Assembly (NCBI RefSeq): GCF_964213995.1
Contig: NW_027590119.1
Coordinates: forward strand, 2,790,001-2,854,000
Length of the DNA: 64,000 nt
Source: Mustelus asterias
Lineage: Eukaryota
Reading direction: 5' to 3'
Made by a program: the position numbers and the translations under genes. Under the pieces are notes generated by a model. That model was not told the origin of the DNA. It did not search any database and worked only from the letters and a program-made list of their open reading frames with translations. This document shows, one piece after another, positions 23,846-35,869 of this stretch (positions within the stretch are counted from its first letter, which is position 1; each line of letters begins with the position of its first letter).

Positions 23846-25764
23846 TAAAAACAAGTTAAAAACAAGATGCCATAGGAAAGATAGAACAGGAGGAAAGAAA
23901 GGGGGGGGGAGTTGCACTTTTGATTCAGGAAAACATCATGGCAGTACTGAGAGGGGATATATCCGAGGGTTCGCCCACTGAGTCAAAAGGGGTGAACTGA
24001 GAAATAAGAAGGGGGAAATCACTTTGATAGGGTTGTACTATAGGCCCCCAAATAGTCGGTGGGAAATTGAGGAGCAAACATGTAAGGAGATTACAGATAG
24101 TTCCAAGAAAAATAGGGTGGTAATAGTCGGGGACTTTAACTTTCCCAGCATTGACTGGGACAGACATAGTATTCGAGGCTTGGATGGAGAGAAATTTGTT
24201 GAGTGTATTCAGGAGGAATTTCTCATTCAGTATGTGGATGGCCCGACTAGAGAGGGGCAAAACTTGACCTCCTCTTGGGAAATAAGGAAGGGCAGGTGAC
24301 AGAAGTGTTCGTGAGGGATCACTTTGGGACCAGTGACCATAATTCCATTAGTTTTAAGATACCTATGGAAAATGATTGGTCAGGTCCAGAAGTTAAAATT
24401 CTAAATTAGGGCAAGGCCAATGTTGATGGTATCAGGCAGGAACTTTCAACAGTTAACTGGGGGAGTCTGTGGGAAGGCAAAGGGACGTCTGGTAAGTGGG
24501 AGGCTTTCAAAAGTGTTTTAACCAGGGTTCAGGGTAAGCACATTGCTCTTAGAGTGATGGGCAAGGCTGGTAGAAGTCGGGAACCCTGGATGACTCAAGT
24601 TATTGAGGCCCTGGTCAAGAAGAAGAAGGAGGCACATGACATGCATAGGCAGCTGGGATCAAGTGGATCCCTTGAAGAGTATAGAGGGTGTCGGAGTAGA
24701 GTTAAGAGAGAAATCAGGAGGGCAAAAAGGGGACACGAGATTGTTTTGGCAGATAAGGCAAAGGAGAATCCAAAGAGGTTCTACAAATACATAAAGGGCA
24801 AAAGAGCAACTAGGGAGAGAGTAGGACCTCTTAAGGATCAACAAGGTCATCTATGTGTGGGTCCACAAGAGATGGGCGAGATCCTAAGTGAATATTTCTC
24901 ATCAGTATTCACTGTTCAGAAAGGCATGGATGTTAAGGAACTTGGGGAAATAAATAGTGATGTCTTGAGAAATGTACTTACAACAGAGAAGGAGGTGCTG
25001 GAAGTCTTAAAGTGCATCAAGGTAGATAAATCCCCGGGACCTGATGAAGTGTATCCCAGGATACTGTGGGAGGCTCGGGAGGAAATTGCAAGTCCCCGAG
25101 CAGAGATATTTGAATCATCAATAGTCACAGGTGAGGTGCCTGAAGATTGGCAAGTGGCAAATGTTGTGCCTTTGTTTAAGGAAGGCTGTCAGGGGTAAGT
25201 TTTTCACTCAGAGGGTGGTAGGTGAGTGGGATCGGCAGCCGTCAGTGGTGGTGGAGGCAAACTCGATCGGGTCTTTTAAGAGACTTCTGGATGAGCACAT
25301 GAGATTTAATAGGATTGAGGGTTATAGGTAAGCCTATATATAAGCCTAGGTAGGTAGGGACATGACCGGCGCAACTTGTGGGCCGAAGGGCCTGTTTGTG
25401 CTGTATTTTTTCTGTGTTCTATGAAAAGCCTGGGAACTACAGGCCGGTGAGCCTCACATCTATAGTGGGTAAGTTGTTAGAAGGTATTTTGAGACACAGG
25501 ATCTACAGGCATTTAGAGACACAAGGATTGATTAGGGACAGTCAGCATGGCTTTGTGAGTGGAAAATCATGTCTCACAAATTTGGTTGAGTTTTTTGAAG
25601 GGGTAACCAAGAAGGTCGATAAGGGAAGTGCAGGTGATGCTGTCTACATGGACTTTAGCAAGACCTTTGACAAGGTACCATATGGTAGGTTGTTGCATAA
25701 GGTTAAATCTCATGGGATCCAGGGTGAGGTAGCCAAATGGATACAAAATTGGCTTGATGACAGA

Positions 25765-26277
25765 ATGTGGAGATGCCGGCGTTGGACTGGGGTAAGCACA
25801 GTAAGAAGTCTCACAACACCAGGTTAAAGTCCAACAGGTTTATTTGGTAGCAAATACCATAAGCTTTCGGAGCGATGCCCCTTCGTCAGATGGAGTGGAT
25901 ATCTGTTCTCCAACAGTGCACAGAGACACAGAAATCAAGTTACAGAATAGTAATTAGAATGTAAATCTCTACAGCCAGCCAGGTCTTCAAGGTACAGATA
26001 ATGTGGGTGGAGGGAACATTAAACACAGGTTAAAGAGATGTGTATTGTCTCCAGACAGAACAGCTAGTAAGATTCTGCAAGATCAGGGGGAAAGCTGTGG
26101 GGGTTACTGATAATGTGACATAAATCCAACATCCCGGTTGAGGCCGTCCTCATGTGTGCGGAACTTGGCTATCAGTTTCTGCTCAGCGACTCTGCGCTGT
26201 CGTGTGTCGTGAAGGCCGCCTTGGAGAACGCTTACCTGAAGATCCAAGGCTGAATGCCCGTGACTGCTGAAGTGCTC
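25765..26277 (-). mobile_element. Penelope-like element 3' end (endonuclease C-terminus and terminal repeat)
   Basis: EHFSSHGHS..LQVSVLQ...RRVAEQKLIAKFRTHEDGLN, typical of the PLE GIY-YIG C-terminus; repeat ends ggcatctccaca. Confidence 0.8.
25857..25893 (-). ncRNA. Minimal hammerhead ribozyme motif in PLE repeat
   Basis: ccau CUGACGA a ggggc-auc-gcucc GAAA gcuu augg; stem I ccau/augg. Confidence 0.7.
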
Positions 26278-27959
26278 ATGTAGGTTGTAGAAAGTTTTTT
26301 TCAAACTGGAGGCCTGTGACCAGTGGTATGTCTCAGGGATCACTGCTGGGTCCACTGTTATTTATATATTATATGATTTGGATATATATATATTATTGGA
26401 TATTGGATATGTATTATATGACATGAATATATTAATGATTTGGATTGTAGGAGGCATGGTTAGTAAGTTTTCAGATGACACCAAGATTGGTGGCATAGTG
26501 GACAGTGAAGAAGGTTATCTCCAATTGCAACAGGATCTTGATCAGTTGGGCCAGTGGCCTGACGAATGGCAGATGGAGTTTAATTTAGCTAAATGCGAGG
26601 TGATGCATTTTGGTTGATCGAACTAGGGCAGGACTTACTCAGTTAATGGTTGGGCGTTGGGGAGAGTTAAAGATCAAAGAGATCGAGGGGTACAGGTCCA
26701 TAGCTCCTTGAAAGTGGAGTCACAGGTGGACAGAGTGGTGAAGGAGGCATTCGGCATGCTTGGTTTCATTGGTCAGAACATTGAATACAGGAGTTGGGAC
26801 GTCTTGTTGAAGTTGTACAAGACATTGGTAAGGCCACACTTGGAATACTGTGTACAGTTCTGGTCACTCTATTATAGAAAGGATATTATTAAACTAGAAG
26901 GAGTGCAGAAAAGATTTACTAGGATGCTACCGGGACTTGATGGTTTGAGTTATAAGGCTGGATAGACTGGGACATTTTTCCCTGGAGCGTAAGAGGCTTA
27001 GGGATGACCTTCTAGAGGTCGATAAAATAATGAGGGGCACAGGTCAGCTAGATAGTCAATATCTTTTCCCAAAGGTAGGGGGGTCTAAAACTAGAGAGCA
27101 TAGCTTTAAAGTGAGAGGGGAGAGATACAAAAGGGTCCAGAGGGACATTTCTTTCAAACAGAGGGTGGTGAGTGTCTGGAAGAAGCTGCCAGAGGTAATA
27201 GTAGAGGTGGGTACAATTTTAAAAAGTATTTGGACAGTTACATGGGTAAGATGGGTGTAGAGGGATATGGGAAATTGGGACTAGCTTAGGGGTTAAAAAA
27301 GGGGCGGCATGGACAAGTTGGGCCAAAGGGCCTGTTTCCATGCTGTAAACCTCTATGACTAAATCAACTGTCTGCTGAAAGGGTTAACTTTTCTACAGAA
27401 CCTAAAGGGGTGGGGAGTGAGCAGAAAACACTTGGCACACAGTTACGTCACTTTACGTAATTTTAAAAAACTTCTCTAACAACAAAACAAAGTTGATTTT
27501 AAACTTCATCTATTAATTCTTTTGTTCTCTTCCTCAACCTAATTATTTTTATTTGATCAGTTTTTGTTAGGGATGGGTAACTTCTGTTCTTTATAAACTG
27601 GTTCACTCATTTTGTTAATTCTACATGGGCTCGGAGAATCAGAACCCAGACTTTATCATCCTTATCCTTTTTCTCCTTTTGCCACCACTCCCTCTGTTTT
27701 GCGGGAGGATCGTGGGGATTCCAATCAGAACTAATCATTTCATCATAAAAGTAAAATACTGCGGATGCTGGAATCTGAAACAAAAACAGAAAATGCTGGA
27801 AGATCTCAGCAGGTCTGACAGTATCTGTGGAGAGAGAATAGAGTCAATGTTTCGAGTCCAGATGTCCCTTCATAACAGCTCTTATGAAGTATCATCCAGA
27901 CTCAAACCGTTGGCTCTATTCTCTAATCATTTTATCGATACGTTTCTTGTTCTTCGTTT

Positions 27960-28230
27960 GAGGTTTAAAGTGAGAGCGGAGAGATACAAAAGAGTCCAGA
28001 GGGGCAGTTTTTCACTCAGATGGTGGTGAGTGTCTGGAACGAGTTGCCAGAGGCAGTGGTAGAGGCGGGTACGATTCTGTCTTTTAAAAAGCATTTAGAC
28101 AGTTACATGGTAAGATGGGTACAGAGGGATATGGGCCAAATACGGGCAATTGGGACTAGCTTAGTGGTAAAAACTGAGCGGCATGGACAAGTTGGGCCGA
28201 AGGACCTGTTTCCATGTTGTAAACCTCTAT
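27960..28230 (+). mobile_element. CR1 3' tail fragment
   Basis: FKVRAERYK, VVSVWNELPEAVVEA; same subfamily tail as ~27300-27360. Confidence 0.8.
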
Positions 28231-28466
28231 ACCTCGATAACTTCCTAACACCCTGTCACTCTGTGATCCTTGTGAAATCTGAAACCAGGTATTCGTAACA
28301 AGACTCAAAGAGCATCAGCCCACTGGAGGCAAAGTCATGAGACCGGCCAGTCCAGCAGAAAGAAACCCTCCGACCCTCCCCATTGACCAACTGTGAGAAT
28401 GAACAAAATGCAGTCCTGGGTGTAATTGAGAGCAGAAACAATAACAGCAGAATCCAACTCCTGGAA

Positions 28467-29561
28467 TCACTCGTGAACTTGTTGGTGCCTCAGCAGGTGG
28501 GATGAAACTCTGAATCCCTTCCCACACTGAGAGCAGGTGAACGGCCTCTCCCCACTGTGAACTTGCTGGTGTGCCTTTAGGTTGGATAACCGACTGAATC
28601 TCTTCTCACACTGAGAGCAGGTGAATGGCCTCTCCCCAGTGTGAACTCGCTGGTGTGTCTGCTGGTGGGATAACTGAGTGAATCCCTTCCCACACTGAGA
28701 GCAGATGAATGGCCTCTCCCCAGTGTGAGCTCGCTGGTGTGTCCGCAGGGCAGATGACTGATTAAACCTCTTCCCACACTGAGTGCAGGTGAATGGTTTC
28801 TCCCCAGTGTGAACTCGCTGGTGTGTTCGCAAGCTGGATAAGTCAGTGAATCCCTTCTCACACACAGAGCAGATGAATGGCCTCTCTCCAGAGTGAACTC
28901 GCTGGTGCGTCTGCAGGCTGGACGAATGACTGAATCCCTTCCCACACTGAGAGCAGGTGAACGGTTTCTCCCCAGTGTGAATTCGCTGGTGTGTCCGCAG
29001 GCTGGACGAATGACTGAATCCCTCCCCACACTGAGAGCAGGTGAATGGCCTCTCCCCAGTGTGAACTCGCTGGTGTGTCTGCAGGTTGGATGAATTACTG
29101 AATCCCTTCCCACACTGAGAGCAGGTGAATGGCCTCTCCCCAGTGTGAACTCGTTGGTGTGTCTGCAGGCTGGATAACTGAGTGAATCCCTTCCCACACT
29201 GAGAGCAGGTGAACGGCCTCTCACCAGTGTGAATGCACTGGTGTATCCGCAGGTGGGATGACTGAGTGAATCCCTTCCCACACTGAGGGCAGATGAAGGG
29301 TCTCTCTCCAGTGTGAACTCGCTCATGTGCCCGCAGGCCGGATAACTGACTGAATCCCTCCCCACACTGAGGACACATCAATGGTCTCTCCCCAGTGTGA
29401 ACTCGCTGGTGTGTCTGCAGGTGGGATGACAGAGTGAATCCATTTCCACACTGAGAGCAGATGAACGGCCTCTCCCCAGTGTGGCTACGCCGATGAGCTT
29501 CCAGCAGAGAGGGGGCTCTGTATCCCTTCCCACAGTCCACACATTTCCATGGTTTCTCCAT
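28467..29561 (-). CDS. G4: C2H2 zinc-finger protein, 13 fingers (ends QQVHE)
   Basis: 364 aa from accATGg = 13 x 28. Confidence 0.9.
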   Translation of the reverse strand: MEKPWKCVDCGKGYRAPSLLEAHRRSHTGERPFICSQCGNGFTLSSHLQTHQRVHTGERPLMCPQCGEGFSQLSGLRAHERVHTGERPFICPQCGKGFTQSSHLRIHQCIHTGERPFTCSQCGKGFTQLSSLQTHQRVHTGERPFTCSQCGKGFSNSSNLQTHQRVHTGERPFTCSQCGEGFSHSSSLRTHQRIHTGEKPFTCSQCGKGFSHSSSLQTHQRVHSGERPFICSVCEKGFTDLSSLRTHQRVHTGEKPFTCTQCGKRFNQSSALRTHQRAHTGERPFICSQCGKGFTQLSHQQTHQRVHTGERPFTCSQCEKRFSRLSNLKAHQQVHSGERPFTCSQCGKGFRVSSHLLRHQQVHE

Positions 29562-29960
29562 GGTGCAGGTGTCCTTGCCTCTCTCTTGGGTGGACAATCA
29601 GTTGAAGCCTCGTCGACACACAGAACACGAGTACAGTCTCTACCCGCTGTGAATGGTGTGGTATTTATTCAGGCTGCGTTACTGGTTAAAGCTCAGTGCA
29701 CTCACTCGCGTGTGGCAGTGTGTTGGTGCTTTTTCAGTCACACTGATGTTTGAACTCTATTCAAATTGATAGACCGGACAATAATTTCTCCTTCTGGATT
29801 CAAAGTCTGATGATATTGAGGTCCCATGGAATATGACTCTGTCAGATCCAGACGTGACGTTTGAGATTTCAGCCTGTGATTCCTCTTTTGATAACCTGTA
29901 AAACGAGTTTACAAAATTCACCACTGTCAGTACAGAATAGAAATTCAGAACAATTCTAGT

Positions 29961-30560
29961 TTAGAACCATAGAAAATTACAGCTCAGAAACAGGCCTTTT
30001 GGCCCTTGTCTGTGCCGAACCATTTTTTGCCTAGTCCCACTGACCTGCACTTGGACCATATCCCTCCAGACCCCTCTCATCCATGAACCCATCCAAGTTT
30101 TTCTTAAATGTTAAAAGTGACCCCGCATTTACCACTTTAGCCGGCAGCGCATTCCACACTCCCACCACTCTCTGCGTGAAGAAGCCCCCCCTAATATTCC
30201 CTTTAAACTTTTCTCCTTTCACCCTTAACCCATGCCCTCTGGTTTTTTTCTCCCCTCGCCTCAGCGGAAAAAGCCTGCTTGCATTCACTCTATCTATACC
30301 CATCAAAATCTTATACACCTCTATCAAATCTCCCCTCAATCTTCACAGCTCCAGGGAATAAAGTCCCAACCTATTCAATCTCTCTCTGTAACTCAGCTTC
30401 TCAAGTCCCGGCAACATCCTTGTGAACCTCCTCTGCACTCTTTCAACCTTATTTACATCCTTCCTGTAACTCGGTGACCAAGACTGTACACAATACTCTG
30501 AATTCGGCCTCACCAATGCCTTATATAACCTTACCATAACACTCCAACTTTTCTACTCAA
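29961..30560 (-). mobile_element. CR1 3' fragment inserted in the G4 intron
   Basis: VRPNSEYCVQSWSP, RGDLIEVYKIL; splits the conserved aattctagtt|tctatggaac intron motif. Confidence 0.85.
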
Positions 30561-30659
30561 CTTTTCTACTTTCTCTGGAACATTCTTTCCCCTCTCATTC
30601 CTCAAAAGCTGTGAAACTCCATCCCACACACTCTCCCTCCATTCTCATTCAGAAACAGG

Positions 30660-31038
30660 GGCCAGTTGGAGGACCAGAGTCCTTCCGGTCCTCCAACTCT
30701 TCCCATTGGTCAACACCTCAGTATAATGGCCCGGGGGGGGGGGGGATGGGAGTTCCACCGCACATGAGCAGCGTCCCTCACCCTTGGACATGCGCAGTCC
30801 CGGGCCGCCCTGGGAAGGGGAACATTCTGAGGTGTTGACCAATGGGAACTCTGGAGGACAGGAAGTACTCTGCTCCTCCAGCCAATCAGAGCTCCCCATT
30901 GTCTGAATGCGGAAGTTGGACAATGAGCTTGTTCAGCTGCTCATTCCTGCCCAGCAAAGCTGCTGCTGCTTCTCTCTGAATGAATGAAGAATGAGCTTCT
31001 GACAGACTCAACCTTCCCCGTCTCCAACATCTGTGAGT
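30660..31038. promoter_or_regulatory. Palindromic bidirectional promoter of G4/G5
   Basis: Inverted arms cccattggtcaacacctca / tgaggtgttgaccaatggg, dyad in both arms, GCGGAAGT, plus-strand donor GTGAGT at 31033. Confidence 0.7.
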
Positions 31039-31216
31039 AAAACACTTTCTTTTCTTCCCCTTTCCATTCCTTTTCTCATTCTGGGGGGAATTGGGGACTT
31101 GCAGCAACTGAAGGGAAAGGAAGTGAATCCAGTCTGTATGTTCCACAGATTTTTAGTCCACTCATATAGATATATATCTGTCTGACTACCTGCATAGAGA
31201 TTTTCAGCTCTCTGTG

Positions 31217-31443
31217 TCCACGACAGGACAGTAAGAACTCTCACAACACCAGGTTAAAGTCCAACAGGTTTATTTGGCTGCACTAGCTTTCGGAGCCCCA
31301 AGCCCCTTCTTCAGGTCTCACCTGCTTGGGGCTCCAAAAGCTAGTGCTGCCAAATAAACCTGTTGGACTTTAACCTGGTGTTGTGAGACTTCATACTGTG
31401 CTTACCCCAGTCCAACGCCGGCATCTCCACATCCAGGACAGGA
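31217..31443. mobile_element. Hairpin PLE-derived insertion with 12-bp TSD in the exon-2 acceptor of G5
   Basis: TSD tcca(c/g)gacagga; inverted arms; hammerhead-like core ~31281-31316 on the minus strand. Confidence 0.8.
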
Positions 31444-32011
31444 AGCAGTGAGCATGGATCTGTCAATCAGCACCGACAGGAGAATTGGGAGGGTGAATAT
31501 TAGACACAGCAGAGTGAGAATGGAGGGAGAGTGTGTGGGATGGAGATTTACAGCTCTTGGGGAATGAGAGAGGAAAGAATGTTCCATAGAAACTAGAATT
31601 GTCTGTTCTGAATTTCTATCCTGTACTGGCTGTGATAACCTTTGTAAACTCCTTTTACAGGATATCAGAAGGTGAGGATTTTACAGACAGAAATCTCAAA
31701 CCAAACATCACATCAACATCTAACAGAGTCACTCAATTCATCGGGACCTGAATGCGATCGGCCTTTGAATCCAGAAGGAGAAATGCTTCTCTGTTCTGTC
31801 AGCTTTAGCAGTCTTTAAACATCAGTGTGACTGGAACAGGACTGACACGCACACAAAATCAACTGAGATTTTCCCATGCATTGACTGGAAAGAGCTTCCC
31901 AGTTACACAGCCTGAAAAAATATTGCATCATCACAGCAGAGGACTATAATCTTGTTCTGTGTGAGACTTCAACTGTTGTCAAACCTGGAGGAACACAAGG
32001 ATACCCGCACC

Positions 32012-32854
32012 ATGGAGAAACCGTGGAAATGTGGGGACTGTGGGAAGGGTTGTAAAACCCCCTCTGAGCTGCAAACTCATCGATGTATTCACACTGGAGA
32101 GAAGCCGTACACCTGTTGTGTGTGTGGGAAGGGATTCACTCGGTTATATCATCTGCAGCGACATCGACTGGTTCACACTGGAGAAAGAGCGTTCATCTGC
32201 TTTGAATGTGGGAACGGATTCGCTCATTTACCCGATCTGCAGAGACACCAGCGTGTTCACACTGGAGAGAGACCATTCACCTGCTTGGTGTGTGGGAAAG
32301 GATTTATGCAGTTATCCAACCTGTCGAAACACAAAGTCACTCACAGCAATGAGAAACCCTTTAAATGCTCTGATTGTGGAAGTGGTTTCAAAAGCTCTCG
32401 GGAACTGATGATCCACCAGCGCATTCACACTGGGGAGAGACCGTTCAGCTGCTCTCACTGCGCAAAGAAATTTAGAACATCATCCCACCAGCGGGAGCAC
32501 CAACGAATTCACACCAGGGAGAGACCGTTCACCTGCTCTGTGTGTGGGAAGGGATTCACTCATTCATCCACCCTGCTGAGTCACAATCTCACTCATACCC
32601 AGGAGAGACCCTTTAAATGCTCTGACTGTGGAAATGGTTTCAAAAGTTCTCGGGATCTGATGTCCCACCAGCGCATTCACACTGAGGAGAGACCATTCAG
32701 CTGTTCTCTCTGCACAAATAAATTTAGAACGTCATCCAACCTGACGGAACACCAGCGAGTTCACACTGGGGAGAGACCGTTCACCTGCTGTGTGTGTGGG
32801 AAGGGATTCACTCAGTCATCCAGCCTGCTGAGACACCAGCGAGTTCACAAGTGA
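32012..32854 (+). CDS. G5: C2H2 zinc-finger protein, 10 fingers (ends QRVHK)
   Basis: 280 aa from accATGg; paralog of G2; putative acceptor ttttacag ending 31660. Confidence 0.9.
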   Translation: MEKPWKCGDCGKGCKTPSELQTHRCIHTGEKPYTCCVCGKGFTRLYHLQRHRLVHTGERAFICFECGNGFAHLPDLQRHQRVHTGERPFTCLVCGKGFMQLSNLSKHKVTHSNEKPFKCSDCGSGFKSSRELMIHQRIHTGERPFSCSHCAKKFRTSSHQREHQRIHTRERPFTCSVCGKGFTHSSTLLSHNLTHTQERPFKCSDCGNGFKSSRDLMSHQRIHTEERPFSCSLCTNKFRTSSNLTEHQRVHTGERPFTCCVCGKGFTQSSSLLRHQRVHK

Positions 32855-33266
32855 TGACAGGGGTTAGATTCTGCTGTTCTTGCTGCTGTTAATCACATCC
32901 AGGACTGAACCGTGTTCATTCTGACAGTAGGTAAAGTGGGAGGGTCGGACGGTTTCTTTCTGCTGGACTGGCCGGTCTCACAACTTTGCTTCCAGTGGGC
33001 TGATGCTCTTTGAGCCTGGGAGAGCACATTTCCACTGAAATGATCCACAAAAGCTGATGAAGGACATTTATTTAATCCTGGATAGTAAATAGTGTTTTTT
33101 CCTACCACTGCAGTTAGATCTGAAATAAACACAGAAAGGACTGCAAAAATGCATTAGGTCTGGCAACATTTATGGAGAGAGAAACAGTGTTAATATTTCA
33201 CACTACTGGACTGGGAATCAATCTGGTAAATCTCCTCTGAACTGCTTCCATGGTATTTATAAAATG

Positions 33267-33755
33267 GGACAGCACGGCAGCACAGTGGTTAGCACTGCTG
33301 CCTCACAACGCCAGGGACCCAGGTTCAATTCCAGCCTGGGTCACTGTCTGTGTGGAGTTTGCACATTCTCCCCGGGTCTGTGGGGGTTTCCTCCGGGTGC
33401 TCCGGTTTCCTCCCACAGTCCAAAGATGTGTGGGTTAGGTTGATTGGCCGTGCTAAATTGACCTTTAGTGTCAGGCGGACTAGCTGGAGTAAATGCATGT
33501 GGTTATGGGAATAGGGCCTGGGTGGGATGGTGTTTGGTACAGACTCGATGGACAGAACGGCCTCTGTCTGTACTAAAGAACAAAGAACAAAGAACAGTAC
33601 AGCACAGGAAACAGGCCCTTCGGCCCTCCAAGCCTGTGCCGCTCCTTGGTCCAACTAGACCAATCGTTTGTATCCCTCCATTCCCAGGCTGCTCATGTGA
33701 CTATCCAGGTAAGTCTTAAACGATGTCAGCGATGTACTGTAGGGATTCTCCAATC
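33267..33755 (+). mobile_element. HE1-like SINE with nested minus-strand CR1 tail (~33575-33730)
   Basis: SINE head with ggttcaattcc B-box; aaagaacaaagaac tail and KTYLDSHM..MEGY on the minus strand. Confidence 0.8.
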
Positions 33756-34204
33756 CTTTGTTTAATAGGAGACAAAAACTGCAGCCCCTATTCAAGATGC
33801 AGTTCCAGCAACGCCCTGTATAACTGAAGCATAACGTCTTTACTTCAATGTTTAATTTCTCTCGTAATAAAGGATTGCATTCCATATGTAAGAATTTTGA
33901 TTTGTTTGAACTAAGATTTATGGGGTTCACTTGTTTACAACAACCTCCCTAATCATAACTCACCCAGGTTCCAGTGACTTAACCATGTGGCAAGAAAGAA
34001 CACTTTAAATGGTGAATTCAGAAAGTTTATTCACCATTAAAAATGTAACAAGTCAGAAAGATTTAAAAAAGCAAAGTATCGATCAACGGTAAAGGAGAAA
34101 GCTTAACTTTAAATTCTCTCCATTCCTCTCAGACCAGGACATGGAGTGGTGGCACTGAAAACACAGATAACTTGTAAAATCAACAGCTCCCAACACCTCT
34201 CTGT

Positions 34205-34465
34205 AGGACACAGTGGTTCGCACTGCTGCCTCACAGCGCCAGAGACCCGTGTTTGAGTCCCGGCTTGGGTCACTGTCTGTGCAGAGTCTGCATATTCTCC
34301 CTGTCTGTGTGGGTTTTCTCCCACAGACCGAAGGACTTGCTGGTTAGGTACATTGAGCATGCTAAATTCTCCCTCAGTTTACCCGAACAGGTGCCAGAGT
34401 GGCAACTGGGGGATTTTCAGAGTAACTTCATTGCAGTGTGAATGTGTGACACTAATAAATAAACT
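34205..34465 (+). mobile_element. tRNA-derived SINE
   Basis: Homolog of 10176-10450; ends ctaataaataaa. Confidence 0.75.
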
Positions 34466-34794
34466 TTAAAAAACCTTGAACTTTTAAAACCTTTTGCCAA
34501 ATTGGTTTCTTGAATCCCCTTTTTTATACTTTCAAAATGTAGAAAGCCCAGCTCAGCCAATTGTTGGGAATTAGCCAATTGGTCTATAACTTGTCAATAA
34601 TGAAACTGGTTTGGTTTTTAGCTAGTTGCACACATTGTCTGAAATTTAAGACTATTCTTTCTCTCAACTGATATCTCTTTGCTTGGGGTAGCCTGAGTGT
34701 TGACCAATAATTGGTTAACATCAGCCATTCAATGTTGAGACATCTTGATCAGGAGCTGATTCATTCCCTCCAGTCAATGTTAACAATGTTTTAA

Positions 34795-35092
34795 AGTTTA
34801 TTTATTAATGTCACAAGTAGGCTGACATTAACACTGCAATGAAGTTACTGGGAAAATCCCCCTAGTCGCAACACTCCGGCATCTGTTCAGGTTCACAGAG
34901 AATTTAGCATAGTCAATCCACCTAACTCGCACGTCTTTTGGACTGTGGGAACAAACAGGAGCACCCGGAGGAAACCCACGCAGACACGGGGAGAATGTGC
35001 AGACTCCACAGTGTCACCCAAGCCGGGAATCGAACCCAGGTTCCTGGCGCTGTGAGGCAGCAGTGCTAACCACTGTGGCACCGTGCCACGCT
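34795..35092 (-). mobile_element. tRNA-derived SINE
   Basis: Homolog of 9920-10180 with ggttcgattcc B-box. Confidence 0.8.
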
Positions 35093-35869
35093 AACAAGTC
35101 TTATCTGTTTTTTTCTATTCTGTTGGCCTCAGAAGGGAACATTTTATAATTCCCACAGCATTTTAAACATTCTTTATAATTCTAAACGTTATAAACTTTT
35201 GTGTTCAAATTTACGTTTCCATCCTAACATCTGTATTGATGAATCATTTATTCTTTAATTGTCTCTCAATTCAGGCTGTCTATTTAACTAATCTCCTGCT
35301 TTACAATTGTGGGAACTTCAGTCCACAGATAAGGTCGTCAAATGCATTGTTAAAAGCAGGATGTTCTTTATATAAATAAATAACAACGTTTAAAAATCAT
35401 TGGCAAACTAAAGGAAACAGGAGCATTGGAACCAGCCTGGACTTGCAGACTGAAACCCCGCCCAAAGCCCGCACGTGCTCAGAAGGGAGAGAGGCTGAGA
35501 AGAACACTCTGTAACACTTCTCCTCCCCTTAAATTTCAATCCCCCATCAGGACACAAATACAACAAAGTAATGTCTTTAACAATACGGAAGTCTGTCAGG
35601 AGCTTTGTGGTTTAATTGCGACCTGTACAATACCACTGGTAAATCATGTAATGGTGTTTCTGGAATGGGAGGTGAAGAGGTAGTTTGAGAATCTGTACAT
35701 GAACATTCCTCTTCCACTCCCACAGCAGAGTCAACTGGCAAAGCTGGAACCATTTCCTGGTGAACATCCACAGCAGCATGACCCTCTGCCATGTTCTCAG
35801 TAATGGTTGTTGACTCTGAAACTGTTCCTGACTCGGGTTCACACCACAAGTGAATATGGTCTTGGTGGC

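Larger units (their letters stand above)
23870..27360 (+). mobile_element. Degenerate CR1 ORF2 with nested insertions
   Basis: APE (YRPPN, GDFN) through RT and tail with stops; nested CR1 tail ~25188-25422 and PLE 25765-26277. Confidence 0.9.

Noticed and set aside
26360-26440. AT-rich patch inside CR1 RT
   Set aside because: Local slippage of atatattaatgatttgga; no structure beyond low complexity
32852-33003. C/D snoRNA-like TGATGA...CTGA in the 3' UTR
   Set aside because: TGATGA is the stop codon context, exonic, absent in the QQVHE subfamily, with no terminal stem
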